The position numbers and the translations under genes were made by a program. From an uncultured delta proteobacterium (GTDB lineage Bacteria; Myxococcota_A; UBA9160; UBA4427), in assembly GCA_963822965.1 (NCBI GenBank), contig CAWGJT010000012.1, positions 288,001-352,000 on the forward strand: a stretch of DNA of 64,000 bases, given 5' to 3'. Under the pieces are notes generated by a model. It made no database searches. It was given only the letters and a program-made list of their open reading frames with translations, and had not been told where the DNA came from. This document shows positions 20,240 to 30,208 of this stretch, one piece after another. Numbering within the stretch: position 1 is the first letter of the stretch; the number at the start of each line of letters is the position of its first letter.

Positions 20240-23200
20240 GGAGCCAGCTGGAAGCCGGGGGTTCCGTCCACGTCGGCGTAGAGCGCGTTCGTGGCGCCGA
20301 GGGCCATCACGCCGTTCTCGCCCAGGTTGCCGTCGGTCAGGTCGTCGAGGCTCTGGTTGCTGGTGCGGTCGATGTTCTCGGCGAACACCGGGAACATCGG
20401 CTGGGAGACGCCGTCGCTTCCCTTCACGACCACCACGAACCAGGTGTCCTGGGCGAGCCCGGTGAAGGAGATCACCAGCCCGCGCGTCTCGAGCCGTTCC
20501 GCTCCCGGAACGCCGGGATCGACCACCACCACGTCCACCGGGAAGTCCCCGCCCGCGGAGAGGACGAGATCCGGGACGGCCCGGTACTCGTACGGGTTGG
20601 CCGGGTCGCGCGGCTCGGTCGCTGCGTTCGCGTAGATCTCGATGGTGTCGTAGGGGGCCCAGGCCGGGGCCTGGACGTCGATCTCGAGATCGACGTCACC
20701 GTTCGCGCTCGCCACCAGGGTCTGGCCGTCGAGGCCCAGATCGGCGACGCCCCCGCTGCCGTCCCGGGCGAGCAGCCGCGTCTGCACGTAGACGCCCTGT
20801 CCGCCGACCGCACGCCCCGCGGCCACCGCCCCCGCGACCTCGGCGGGATCGATCTCCTGGGGGGCGTCCGACGACGACGGAGTCCAGGTGCGCGCTCCGG
20901 CGGTGTTCAGGTTGAAGAACGCGTGGGTGTCCGTATCGGCGATGAAGGTGATGGGAATGCCGTGGTTCAGGTGGTTGAACCAGATGCCGATGCGCTCGTC
21001 CAGGAAGTTGCTCTGGGCGCCGCGACTCTCGCCATTCCACAGCTCCAGCGCATCGAACACGTGGAACAGGTTGCCGGTGGGCGGCAAGCGCAGGGCCGCA
21101 CGCTCCTCCACCGTGAGCGCGTCCTGGATCGGCGTCGCCGCGGTGTCGATCTTGAGCGGCGTGAAGTGGCTGCCGATGTGGTTCACCTGGACGACGGTGT
21201 CCGGCAGGGACTGCGACCCCGAGACGGCCAGCGCGTAGATCTCCGCCGGCGTGGCGTTGAAGTTGCCGTACTGCGGGAAGTCCATGCCCGCCGGTGCGGC
21301 CTGCGCCCAGTCCGTCGACCCTCCCGAAGGCTTGGCCGGGTCGATCGAGAACGGGTAGCCGTTGAAGTGGCCGTAGTCGAAGGTCGTGATCTCCTCGCCC
21401 ACCGTGGCCGTCACGAACGAGGAGAAACCGAGCTCGGCGATGCGCGGCTTCAGATCCGTGTGCACGTGGTGATCGGTCATGATCACGTTGTCCACGCCCT
21501 CGCCGGCGAACTGCATCACCCGATCGGTGTCGCTCACGCGCGAGTCCGCCGAACGGATGCCGTGCACGTGGAAGTCCGACGAGATGAAGCCGGCCGTGTC
21601 GACGACCCGGGCGAGCTGCGCGTTCACCACGGTCTTCACACCCGCCGCGACGGTGCGGCGTTCGTGGAAGAGGGAGTACTCCGGCCCTCGCGACACGTAG
21701 ATCTCGTAGCTGCCCGGCTCGAGCGGAAAGGCGACCTTGCCCCCGGCGTCCGCGTAGCGGGCGGACACGATGCCGAAGGGGTGCGAGTCCGAGGGATCCC
21801 GGAACAGGCCGACGTCGCCGATGTTGAGGCCGAAGAGCGAGCCACCCGGGATGATCGGCTCCGGGCTCGGATCGAAGCCCACCACCGAGACCCGCGCGGG
21901 CATGGCACGGCCGTACTCGTCGACCACGTGCACCCGCAGGTCGCCGCTCTCCGGAAGGTCGACGGTGGGCAGCATCGCCACCTCGCCGTCGGCCACGGTG
22001 AACGGGTGCAGCACGGGATCCGGACTGCCGCCCTCGTACAGGGCGCCGATGAGGGCGGCCGCCATCCCGTACTGCGCACCGGTGGGTGTGGGCGGAACGC
22101 TGCCCGCATAGCAGCCGTCGGCGCCGGTGGTGAAGAGCGTGTGGACGGCGCCGATCTCCCCGTTCTCCAGGGTGCCGATGACCACCCGCGCGGCGACGGC
22201 GGGCGAGGAGCCGCCGTGGGTCACGCAGCCCTGGACGGTGCCGACGGGATCGCTCTTCACCTCGTTCGCCATGTCGATGGCGTTGGACGCCGAGCCGTCG
22301 CCCACGCCGAGATAGCGCGTGTAGGTGCGACTGGTTCCGGGGGAGACGAGGAACGGCGAAGTGGTGCCGGTGATGGCCTGGAGGACGCCGATGGGCTGCA
22401 GGGAGAGCGTCACGCCCGAGGTATTGAGGAAGCTCCCCTTCAGGTTGGTGGTGTTGCCGCTGATCGGGATCGTCGTGAACGAGTAGTCGACGCCCGCGGC
22501 CTCGCCATAGCCCACCCAGCCGATGGAGCCGAGGTCGGCGGTCAGCCCGGAGCCGGGGCCGAGGCCCGGCGTGAACAGATTCTCGAGCTCGCCGCCCGCG
22601 TTGATCCAGTCTCCCACCAGCAGCGGGAACGAGATCGTCCCGAGGTTCGAGACGGTGGTGTCCATCCGGACACGCGTCGCGAAGGGCTCCAGGCTGTAGA
22701 GGGTGCAGGCTTCGATCGGAAGGTCGCGATCGTCGGCGTGTCCGGGGATCGAGACGCCCGGGATGCCCTGGATCTGGCTCGAGGGGTTGATGAAGTCGAG
22801 CAGGTCGTCCGGACCGCAGCTGCGGATGCTCGCCGGCTCGCCGTTGGCGCCGTCGTTGACGACCTCGACGGTCTGGGGATCGACGACGGTCTCGACGTCC
22901 AGGGTGGGCGCGATCTCGATGAAGTTGTCGAGGCCCGGATGCGCCAGCAGCTCGAGGTCGATCAGGTTGCCGCCGAAGCCGCCCACGCTGTAGAGGTCGC
23001 GCTGGGGCGCATCCTGGATGATGAAGCGGGCCGTGCAGTTGCGGAGCATCCAGTCGCCGACCCGGCCGTGGGCGAGCGGCCCCCGGATGAGATCCGCCTC
23101 GTCGTCGATGCGGTAGGCCTGCAGCACCGGCTGGTGGGTGAACGAGAAGCTCGCCGCGATCGGCGCGCCGTCCCGGTAGCGGGCCGCCCGCACCTCCAGC

Positions 23201-23496
23201 AGGTTGTCGGCGGCGAGCCGGCCGATCACCGAGGCCCGGAAGAGCAGGCCGGGACCCACCGGCTCGACCTCCAGGGACTCGTCGTTGAGCGTGGCCTCCA
23301 CGCTCATGCCCCGGATGGGCCCGTCGATCCGGAAGGTCACCGCCTCGAGGCAGAAGTCCACGTTCGCCACCGAGGGCTCGACGAGCTCGATCGAAGTCAC
23401 CGGCGGAGGAGTCGGCGGCGTCGGGCATTGATAGGCCAGCTGGGTCGAAGCCAGGATCAGGATCGAGAGCGGGACGAGGCGACGGGAGATGGGCAC
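20236..23496 (-). CDS. Large secreted PHP-type (CehA/McbA-like) metallohydrolase with beta-rich accessory domains
   Basis: SSDFHVHG, MTDHH, GEEITT..YGHFN, QVNH, ELWNG, DTDTH; hydrophobic N-terminus ending in Cys; start approximate. Confidence 0.8.
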   Translation of the reverse strand: MPISRRLVPLSILILASTQLAYQCPTPPTPPPVTSIELVEPSVANVDFCLEAVTFRIDGPIRGMSVEATLNDESLEVEPVGPGLLFRASVIGRLAADNLLEVRAARYRDGAPIAASFSFTHQPVLQAYRIDDEADLIRGPLAHGRVGDWMLRNCTARFIIQDAPQRDLYSVGGFGGNLIDLELLAHPGLDNFIEIAPTLDVETVVDPQTVEVVNDGANGEPASIRSCGPDDLLDFINPSSQIQGIPGVSIPGHADDRDLPIEACTLYSLEPFATRVRMDTTVSNLGTISFPLLVGDWINAGGELENLFTPGLGPGSGLTADLGSIGWVGYGEAAGVDYSFTTIPISGNTTNLKGSFLNTSGVTLSLQPIGVLQAITGTTSPFLVSPGTSRTYTRYLGVGDGSASNAIDMANEVKSDPVGTVQGCVTHGGSSPAVAARVVIGTLENGEIGAVHTLFTTGADGCYAGSVPPTPTGAQYGMAAALIGALYEGGSPDPVLHPFTVADGEVAMLPTVDLPESGDLRVHVVDEYGRAMPARVSVVGFDPSPEPIIPGGSLFGLNIGDVGLFRDPSDSHPFGIVSARYADAGGKVAFPLEPGSYEIYVSRGPEYSLFHERRTVAAGVKTVVNAQLARVVDTAGFISSDFHVHGIRSADSRVSDTDRVMQFAGEGVDNVIMTDHHVHTDLKPRIAELGFSSFVTATVGEEITTFDYGHFNGYPFSIDPAKPSGGSTDWAQAAPAGMDFPQYGNFNATPAEIYALAVSGSQSLPDTVVQVNHIGSHFTPLKIDTAATPIQDALTVEERAALRLPPTGNLFHVFDALELWNGESRGAQSNFLDERIGIWFNHLNHGIPITFIADTDTHAFFNLNTAGARTWTPSSSDAPQEIDPAEVAGAVAAGRAVGGQGVYVQTRLLARDGSGGVADLGLDGQTLVASANGDVDLEIDVQAPAWAPYDTIEIYANAATEPRDPANPYEYRAVPDLVLSAGGDFPVDVVVVDPGVPGAERLETRGLVISFTGLAQDTWFVVVVKGSDGVSQPMFPVFAENIDRTSNQSLDDLTDGNLGENGVMALGATNALYADVDGTPGFQLAP

Positions 23497-23660
23497 GGTG
23501 GAGCTCCTCGCGCTGCGACAGCAGGTGCGTGTTCCGGGACCCATTCTATGACGGATGCACGAAGAAGGGGAGACGATCCCGGGCCGGCGGGCGCCGTTCC
23601 GGAGCCCGGGGCTGACGCCGGGTCACGACCGTCGCGGCGCCGGAAGCCGCCGTCCCCCGC

Positions 23661-24347
23661 TCAGGGGAATGAACGGGACCCGGCCGGCGACACGTGCTGC
23701 TCGACCACGTGCTCCTCGAGGAGCGGCGTCTCGTCCAGCCGGTATCGGACCTCGAAGGGCAGGCGCCGGCCGTCCACCCACCGGAAGTCCGAGAACACCG
23801 CGTGTACCCGACCGCTGCCGACCGCCGGGATGGACAGCGGCCCCTCCGCCTCGACCAGGCGAAGTTGCCGGTCGAAGACGAGCCGGTAGCGCATCGCGGG
23901 GGCGTCGGTGGTGGTCCCTTCGAGGGCGGCGAACCGGCCTTCGGGAACGTCTTCGGGCGGCAGCTCGCGGGTGCGGAAGATCGCGGGGTCGCGCAGCGCG
24001 TCCAGGTGCACCGCCGCCACCCAGCGCACCGCGGACAGCTCCTGGGAGTCGGCCAGCGGCTCGCTCGAGACGACCGTGCTGCCGAGCAGCGTCGACGCCG
24101 TCCGGCCGTCGGTCACCCAGTCCTGATCCTCTCCGGCGGTGACGAGGGTGAAGCGCATCCGCTCGGGCGGCTCGAACACGAGCCGCCACTGCCAGCGGCC
24201 CGGCAGACCAACGTGGACGAGCCCCTCGGAGCTGCGCTCGATGCGCTCGATGGGGCCGCCGCGCGCGTCGATCGCCCGCGCGAGCAGGGACCGCCCGACG
24301 GGCAGCGCGCAACCCGTCACCACCAGCAGGAGTCCCGGAGCCGCTAC
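23661..24347 (-). CDS. Putative lipoprotein, LolA-like beta-rich fold; start codon unresolved
   Basis: LLLVVTGC lipobox-like segment, AIDARGG, and FSDFRWVDGRRLPFEV C-terminal motif typical of LolA-like/DUF6544-like proteins. Confidence 0.55.
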   Translation of the reverse strand, partial: VAAPGLLLVVTGCALPVGRSLLARAIDARGGPIERIERSSEGLVHVGLPGRWQWRLVFEPPERMRFTLVTAGEDQDWVTDGRTASTLLGSTVVSSEPLADSQELSAVRWVAAVHLDALRDPAIFRTRELPPEDVPEGRFAALEGTTTDAPAMRYRLVFDRQLRLVEAEGPLSIPAVGSGRVHAVFSDFRWVDGRRLPFEVRYRLDETPLLEEHVVEQHVSPAGSRSFP

Positions 24348-24356
24348 CCTGAACGC

Positions 24357-25328
24357 GTGTCGTGCCCGCGAGAGCGACTCCTGGCGTGCGGTCTGCTGGC
24401 CGGGATCGTCGTCGCCTGCACGACGCCCGGGGCGGATCCCTCGGGCGCCTCCGCGTCCGCCGAGACGCTTCCGGCCTACGAAGCGCGCGAGTACGAGCTC
24501 GAGCAGGGCGTGGTCCATGTCACGCTCAAGATCCCCCAGCAGCCCCTCGGCCGAAAGGCCGCCGTGATCCAGCCCATCGCGGACGAGGGCGCCCTGCTCG
24601 CGCGCGGGATCGTCGTGGTGCGCTTCCATCATGATTGGCAAGAGGCGCTGGCCCTCCTGGGCGAGCAGGCGAAGCCCGCACCGGACCCCGCCGCGAACGT
24701 GGTGGGGCGCTGGCTGCTGGCGGCGCCGCGCCCCGGTCTCGTCGGCAGCAACTTCTTCGCCGCGATCCGCGCCAGCGCCGCGGGCACGGTTCCGCGGGTC
24801 GTCGACCTGCTCGAGAGCGTGCCCGAGATCGATCCGGAACGGATCGCGATCGCGGGGAGCTCGACGGACGGCTTCGTCGCCCTGGAGGCCCTGATCGCCG
24901 AGCCGCGTCTCGCGGCGGGTGTGCTGCGGGTCGCCTGCGGCGACTATCACGCGTTCCTGCGCTCCTCGACCCTCGCCCTGGCCGACGACCCCCGCTGGCT
25001 GCCCGGGGGCAAGCTGGAGCTCGACCCCGACTACGAAGCGAAGCTCGACGCCCAGGAGCCCATCCGGTACGCCGACGCCCTGCCGCCCCGCCCCCTGCTG
25101 ATGCTGAACGGCACCGCGGATCGGGCCGTCCCGTTCGCCTGCGCGGAGCGGACCGCGCGCGTCCTGCACGACGCCTACGCCCGTGCCGGCGTGCCCGAGC
25201 GGTTCCGCTTCGTGGCCTATGCGGGTCGCGGGCACGACGTGGGCGCGGCGACCGACGCGGAGACGCTCCGGTGGTGGCAGCGTTGGCTGGAAGCTCCTGC
25301 TGCGGCGGCGACGCGCGCAGCCCCCTGA
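24357..25328 (+). CDS. Alpha/beta hydrolase-fold lipoprotein
   Basis: IVVAC lipobox-like; IDPERIAIAGSS, PRPLLMLNGTADRAVP, GRGHDV (Ser-Asp-His). Confidence 0.75.
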   Translation: MSCPRERLLACGLLAGIVVACTTPGADPSGASASAETLPAYEAREYELEQGVVHVTLKIPQQPLGRKAAVIQPIADEGALLARGIVVVRFHHDWQEALALLGEQAKPAPDPAANVVGRWLLAAPRPGLVGSNFFAAIRASAAGTVPRVVDLLESVPEIDPERIAIAGSSTDGFVALEALIAEPRLAAGVLRVACGDYHAFLRSSTLALADDPRWLPGGKLELDPDYEAKLDAQEPIRYADALPPRPLLMLNGTADRAVPFACAERTARVLHDAYARAGVPERFRFVAYAGRGHDVGAATDAETLRWWQRWLEAPAAAATRAAP

Positions 25329-25620
25329 ATCCGGGTCACGACGGCGACAGCTTCCTTCCATTCCGTCCGGTCTGCTCCTGCCGCGATCGGTCGAATCGAG
25401 CCACCGAACCGGAACGATCCGGTGCGAGCCATCGTCCCACCAGGGGCCGCACCGTCGAGACCCGGGAAGGCGACGACCCCGCCCCGTCCCCTGCGCCGCA
25501 ACGCGACCCGTGCGATGGTCCCGGTTCTCCGGAGGGGGAGATGTCCGTGGTGCGACGGAAAGCCGCAGAGCGACGCCTCGGCGCACGTGCACGGGGCGAC
25601 GCGTTCGCGGACGCCGCGCC

Positions 25621-27978
25621 GTGCCGGCGGTCGCGGTGCGGGCAGCTGTGAGCCGACTCACGCGCTGGTCGCTGCAGCATCCGTTCTCGACGTTCGCGCT
25701 CCTCGTGCTGCTGTCGGGCTTCGCGGTGGGCGGCCTCGCCCGCCTCTCGACGGACGTGGGCTACCGGGCCTTCCTCGGCACGCACCATCCGAGCATCCGG
25801 CGCTTCGACGCCTTCCTCGACCGCTACGACGGCGGGCTGCCCCTGGTGGCCGTCTGGAGCTGCGACGAGAGCGCGGCCTGCGAGAACGCGCTCGACGACG
25901 CCTCCCTGCGCATGGCGGCGGACGTGACGGCCCGGCTCGCGGCGAGCCCCGCGGTGCGACACGTGGCGAGCCCCGCCACCAGCCCCGTGATCGTGCCCGC
26001 GCCCGGGGGCCCCGTGTCGCGCACGCTGACGGAGGACGGCGTCCCCGCGTCGGATCACGAGGCGCTGGGCCGACTCGCCCTGCAGGACCCGACGTGGCTG
26101 CGCCAGCTCGTCTCGGACGACGGGCACGTCGGCGCGATCGTCGCGCAGCTCGATTCGTCCGCCAGCGACACCGCGCGCGAGGCCTACACGGCGCTCGACC
26201 GGGCGCTCGCCCCCCACGAGGCAGCGGGCTTCGTCTTCCAGCGCGTCGGCGGGCCGGTGGAGTTCGTGGTGGCGGGCGGTGAGCTCGAGGACGCCACCGC
26301 CCGCATGGTGCCCGTGATGGTGGTGCTCGTGGGCGGCACGCTGCTGCTGCTGTTCCGCTCCCTGGGAGCCGCCGCCGCCGCCCTGGTGACCGTGGGCGCG
26401 GCGGTGCTCTGGTCCATGGGGCTGCACGGTTGGCTCGCCTGGCCCCAGAACAGTCTCAGCCAGGCCCTGCCCCCGCTGCTGCTCGTGATCGGCGTGTGCG
26501 ATGCCATCCACCTGGTCTCCCACTACGCGGACGAGGCTCCTGCGGACCGCACCACCACCCCGGACGACCGGCGCGCGCTGCTCGTCGCGCTCGCCGCGGA
26601 CGTGGGCCCGCCCTGCGTGATGACCTCCCTCACCACCGCCGCGGGATTCGCATCGTTCGCGACCAGCGACCTCGAGAGCTTCGTGCGCTTCGGGCTCATC
26701 GCCGCCTTCGGCGTGATGGCCGCGTTGTTGCTCACCTTCACGCTGCTTCCCCTGCTGCTCGTCCGGCTGGCCCCCGAGAAGCTGCGCACCCGCAGCCTGT
26801 CGGAACGCTGGGACCGGGCGCTGGGACACCTGGTCGACACGGCGGTGGCCCATTCCGGCTCGATCCTCGTCGTCTCGGCGCTGGTCCTCGCGATCTTCGG
26901 CGTCGGTGTCCTGCGCCTGCGGGTGGATGCGAGCTTCGAGGAGCTCTACGGGCAGGACAGCCGGGTGGTGCGCTGGGCGCACTTCGTGTCCGACCATCTC
27001 TCGCGGCCCGACCGCCTGGAGCTCGACATCGCCCTGCCCGACTCGGCGGAGCTCGAGAGCCCGGCCACGCTCGAGGTGCTGGACGCGCTCGACGCTCGGC
27101 TCGCAGCGGTCGAAGGCCTGGGTCCGGTGCACTCGCTCGCCGATCCGCTGGCCAGCCTGCGGCGGGCCATGCCCCTGCCACCGGGCGCAACGACCCCGGA
27201 GGCCCGAAGCGCGCTCGATCGCGAGCTCTTCCGGCGGGCCTCGGGAGACGGCGACCCCGCCCACTCCGACGCCCTGGCGCCCTGGGTGGATCGCCGGGAT
27301 CGGCGCGTGCGGATCTCGGTGGAGTCGGACAAGAGCCCCCAGGACGAGATGCGGCGGGTGATGGACTGGCTGAACGGCGAGTTCGCGGGCGACCTGCCCG
27401 AGGGCTGGAGCCTGATCGTGACGGGACCCTACGCGGTGGTCCACGACATGGTGGAGGCGATACGAGACACGCAGCTGCGTAGCTTCGCGGGCGCGGCGCT
27501 CACGGTCTTCGTGATGGTCTCCCTCTTCCTGCGCTCGTTCCGGTGGGGGCTGCTGGTGCTGATTCCGACCGTGCTGCCGGTCGTGGTCACCCTGGGCACG
27601 ATGGGCTGGCTGGGGCGACCCCTGGACGTCGGCAGCTCGATGGTGGCCGCGGTGGTGCTGGGCATCGCGGTGGACGACGCGATCCACATCCTCGACCGGC
27701 TGCGCCGCCAGCGGCAGGCCGGCGCCACCCGCGCCCTGGCGGTCCACGACGGCGTGCGCCGGGTGGGACGGGCGGTGGCCACCACCTCGTTCGCGCTGGC
27801 GCTGGGCTTCGGCGCTCTCGCCCTCTCGCCCTGGCAGAGCATCGCCAGCTTCGGGCTGCTGTCGGCGGTCGCCATCCTCGGCGCCCTGGTCGCGGACCTG
27901 CTGGTCCTGCCCGCCTTCTTCCTGCGGCTGGGAGGAAGCCCGGCCCGAACCGCCACGGAGGTCTCCGCCGGCCGCTGA
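25621..27978 (+). CDS. MMPL/RND family transporter
   Basis: IGVCDAIH, MTSLTTAAGF, LGIAVDDAIH motifs; two TM bundles. Confidence 0.9.
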   Translation: MPAVAVRAAVSRLTRWSLQHPFSTFALLVLLSGFAVGGLARLSTDVGYRAFLGTHHPSIRRFDAFLDRYDGGLPLVAVWSCDESAACENALDDASLRMAADVTARLAASPAVRHVASPATSPVIVPAPGGPVSRTLTEDGVPASDHEALGRLALQDPTWLRQLVSDDGHVGAIVAQLDSSASDTAREAYTALDRALAPHEAAGFVFQRVGGPVEFVVAGGELEDATARMVPVMVVLVGGTLLLLFRSLGAAAAALVTVGAAVLWSMGLHGWLAWPQNSLSQALPPLLLVIGVCDAIHLVSHYADEAPADRTTTPDDRRALLVALAADVGPPCVMTSLTTAAGFASFATSDLESFVRFGLIAAFGVMAALLLTFTLLPLLLVRLAPEKLRTRSLSERWDRALGHLVDTAVAHSGSILVVSALVLAIFGVGVLRLRVDASFEELYGQDSRVVRWAHFVSDHLSRPDRLELDIALPDSAELESPATLEVLDALDARLAAVEGLGPVHSLADPLASLRRAMPLPPGATTPEARSALDRELFRRASGDGDPAHSDALAPWVDRRDRRVRISVESDKSPQDEMRRVMDWLNGEFAGDLPEGWSLIVTGPYAVVHDMVEAIRDTQLRSFAGAALTVFVMVSLFLRSFRWGLLVLIPTVLPVVVTLGTMGWLGRPLDVGSSMVAAVVLGIAVDDAIHILDRLRRQRQAGATRALAVHDGVRRVGRAVATTSFALALGFGALALSPWQSIASFGLLSAVAILGALVADLLVLPAFFLRLGGSPARTATEVSAGR

Positions 27979-28020
27979 GGCGGGGCGTTCGCAAGGCGCG
28001 ATGCGGGGAGGGCCCCTACC

Positions 28021-28464
28021 TCACCAGCGCGCCTCGAGCGGCAGCTGCAGCACGGCCGCAGCATCCGGAGATGCGTTGGATCGAAGCCAGGTCCGCACCT
28101 CGGCGGGCAGCTGCGAGCGGTCGCAGGGGGCGAATCCCTGGGCGGCCAGGAACTCCGACGCCTCCCGCGTCTCGCTCACGCTGAAGAGGTCCCGAAGGCC
28201 GAGCTCGTGGCAGCGCGAGAGCAGGCTCCGCACGAGGGAGGCACCGATCCCCTGGCGCCTGCGGTCGGGGGCGACGATCACGGTTCGCAGCACCCCGTAG
28301 CGGGCGACGACCTCGACCGAGACGGCCCCGAGCACGACACCGCGTTCGAGGGCGACGAGGGTGTTCGCGAGCGGAAGGCTCGAGGGCAGCGGCGCAAGCC
28401 CTTCGGCGGCGAGCAGGCTGCGGACCTGCGCCAGGTCCTGCGATGCGGCTCTTCGGGGTTCCAT
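28021..28464 (-). CDS. GNAT family N-acetyltransferase (ArsN2/ArgA-like)
   Basis: LRTVIVAPDRRRQGIGASLV acetyl-CoA motif; FLAAQGF. Confidence 0.8.
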   Translation of the reverse strand: MEPRRAASQDLAQVRSLLAAEGLAPLPSSLPLANTLVALERGVVLGAVSVEVVARYGVLRTVIVAPDRRRQGIGASLVRSLLSRCHELGLRDLFSVSETREASEFLAAQGFAPCDRSQLPAEVRTWLRSNASPDAAAVLQLPLEARW

Positions 28465-28522
28465 GCGTCCTCGTTTCGCCCGGATTCGTACCCGCCCGGA
28501 CCCGTGCCCGGCTCGGGGCGGC

Positions 28523-30034
28523 TCAGACGCGCCGGAGGGTTCGCCCGGCGCGCGCTCCAGTGTGACGTCCTTCGCGGACGGTCGCGATGCCGTTCACGAA
28601 CACGTGCGCGATCCCGCGCGGCGCGTGCTTCGGGTCCTCGTAGCTGCCAACGTCGAGGATGGACGCGGGATCGAAGACGACGAGGTCGGCGAACGCGCCT
28701 GCCTCCACCCGCCCCCGGCCCGCCAGGCCGAACTTGCGCGCGGGCAGCCCGGTCATCCGGTGGACCGCCTCCGCCATGGGCAGCACGCCCAGGTCGCGTG
28801 CATAGCGACCCAGAACCCTTGCGAAGGTGCCGTAGAGGCGTGGGTGCGGCCGGCCTTCGAGGCTGGGAATTCCGTCCGATCCGATCATCGTGCTCGGGTG
28901 CGCCATCACGGTGCGGACGTCGTCCTCCGACATGGAGTGCATGACGATGGTGGCCATCGGCTCCTGCGCAAGCAGGCGCTCCGCCGCCTCCTGGGCGGGA
29001 AGCGCCCATTCCGCCACGAACGTAGCGACGCTGCGCCCCTCCCACTCCGGATGGCTCTCGGTGGACGCGATCACCACGTCCGCGGGATCGACGGCCGGGA
29101 CGCCGCGAGCCGCACCGGGCCCGGCGCGGCGTCCGCGGAAGCCGTCGTTCTGGGCGATGGCGGCGAGGACGGTGCTGCCCGCCGTGTAGGGGTACTGGTC
29201 CGCGTGCACGTCCAGGCCGCGCGCCCGGGCCGCCTCGATGCGCTCCAGCGAGCGGGTGACGAGCCCCCAGTTCGCTCGCCCCGAGGCCTTGTGATGGGAA
29301 ATCTGCACGGGGACGCCGGCGCGTTCGCCGATCTCGATCGCCTCGTCGACGGCTTCCAGCAGGCGCTCGGCCTCGTTGCGCATGTGGGTGGCGTAGAGCG
29401 CGCCCGTGTCCCGCATCGCGGCGGCGAGGTCGACGATCTCGTCCGTACCGGCGTGACGGCCCGGCTCGTAGATGAGCCCCGTCGAGAGCCCGAGGGCCCC
29501 GGCGGCGAGTCCTTCCTCGAGCGTCTCGCGCATGGTGCTCGCCTCGCGCGCGTCCGGAGCGCGCCGCGCGCCGCCCATCGCCGCCATCCGCACCGTGCCG
29601 TGCCCGACGAGCGCCCCGACGTTCACGGCCGGAGGCTCGGCGTCGAGCTTTTCGAGGTAGCCCCGGTAGCCCTGCCACTCGGGAAGCCGGCTCCTCGGAT
29701 GGAAGGCGCGCGCCAGGATCACCGCCTGGGCGTGGGGTGCGGCGCCCATGCCGCAGTTACCCACCACGCAGGTGGTGACGCCGCCCTCCACCTTGAACGC
29801 CATGTCGGGATGCAGGAGCGTCGCGAAGTCGTCGTGGGTGTGGACGTCGATGAACCCGGGGGCGATCGCGAGGCCCGAGGCGTCGATCTCCACGTGGGCC
29901 GCACGGTCCGTGGCGCCGACCGCGGCGATGCGGTCTCCGGCGATCGCCACGTCCGCAGGGAAGGCGTCCGCGCCGGATCCGTCGTAGACCCGCGCGCCCC
30001 GGATCCGCACGTCGTAACGCGCCGTCTCGGACAC
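28523..30034 (-). CDS. N-acyl-D-amino-acid deacylase (D-aminoacylase family)
   Basis: PGFIDVHTHDD, GNCG, THMRNE, ISHHK, DQYPY, GSDG, HPRLYGTF. Confidence 0.92.
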   Translation of the reverse strand: MSETARYDVRIRGARVYDGSGADAFPADVAIAGDRIAAVGATDRAAHVEIDASGLAIAPGFIDVHTHDDFATLLHPDMAFKVEGGVTTCVVGNCGMGAAPHAQAVILARAFHPRSRLPEWQGYRGYLEKLDAEPPAVNVGALVGHGTVRMAAMGGARRAPDAREASTMRETLEEGLAAGALGLSTGLIYEPGRHAGTDEIVDLAAAMRDTGALYATHMRNEAERLLEAVDEAIEIGERAGVPVQISHHKASGRANWGLVTRSLERIEAARARGLDVHADQYPYTAGSTVLAAIAQNDGFRGRRAGPGAARGVPAVDPADVVIASTESHPEWEGRSVATFVAEWALPAQEAAERLLAQEPMATIVMHSMSEDDVRTVMAHPSTMIGSDGIPSLEGRPHPRLYGTFARVLGRYARDLGVLPMAEAVHRMTGLPARKFGLAGRGRVEAGAFADLVVFDPASILDVGSYEDPKHAPRGIAHVFVNGIATVREGRHTGARAGRTLRRV

Positions 30035-30208
30035 GAGACGAGTCTAGCCCCAATGCCGACCCAGGACTTCGTCTCGGGTCCCGCTCCTGGCCCGGAGCAG
30101 ACGGGCGCCACGCCGGGAAGTGGCGCCTGCCGTCCCGGGCCGACCAACCGGGAGGACCTGCTACGCTGCGCGGGTCCGCCCCGACACCCGGTCCCGCCGG
30201 AGTCGACG

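Noticed and set aside
27991..28001. CAAGGCGCG as a third copy of the CTAG element core
   Set aside because: Only 9 bp match; no CTAG ends, stems or remaining core.
28361..30208. N-terminal 616 aa of the 1591-aa ORF as part of the nuclease
   Set aside because: It is the antisense of the D-aminoacylase gene; the signal peptide starts at ATG 30209.
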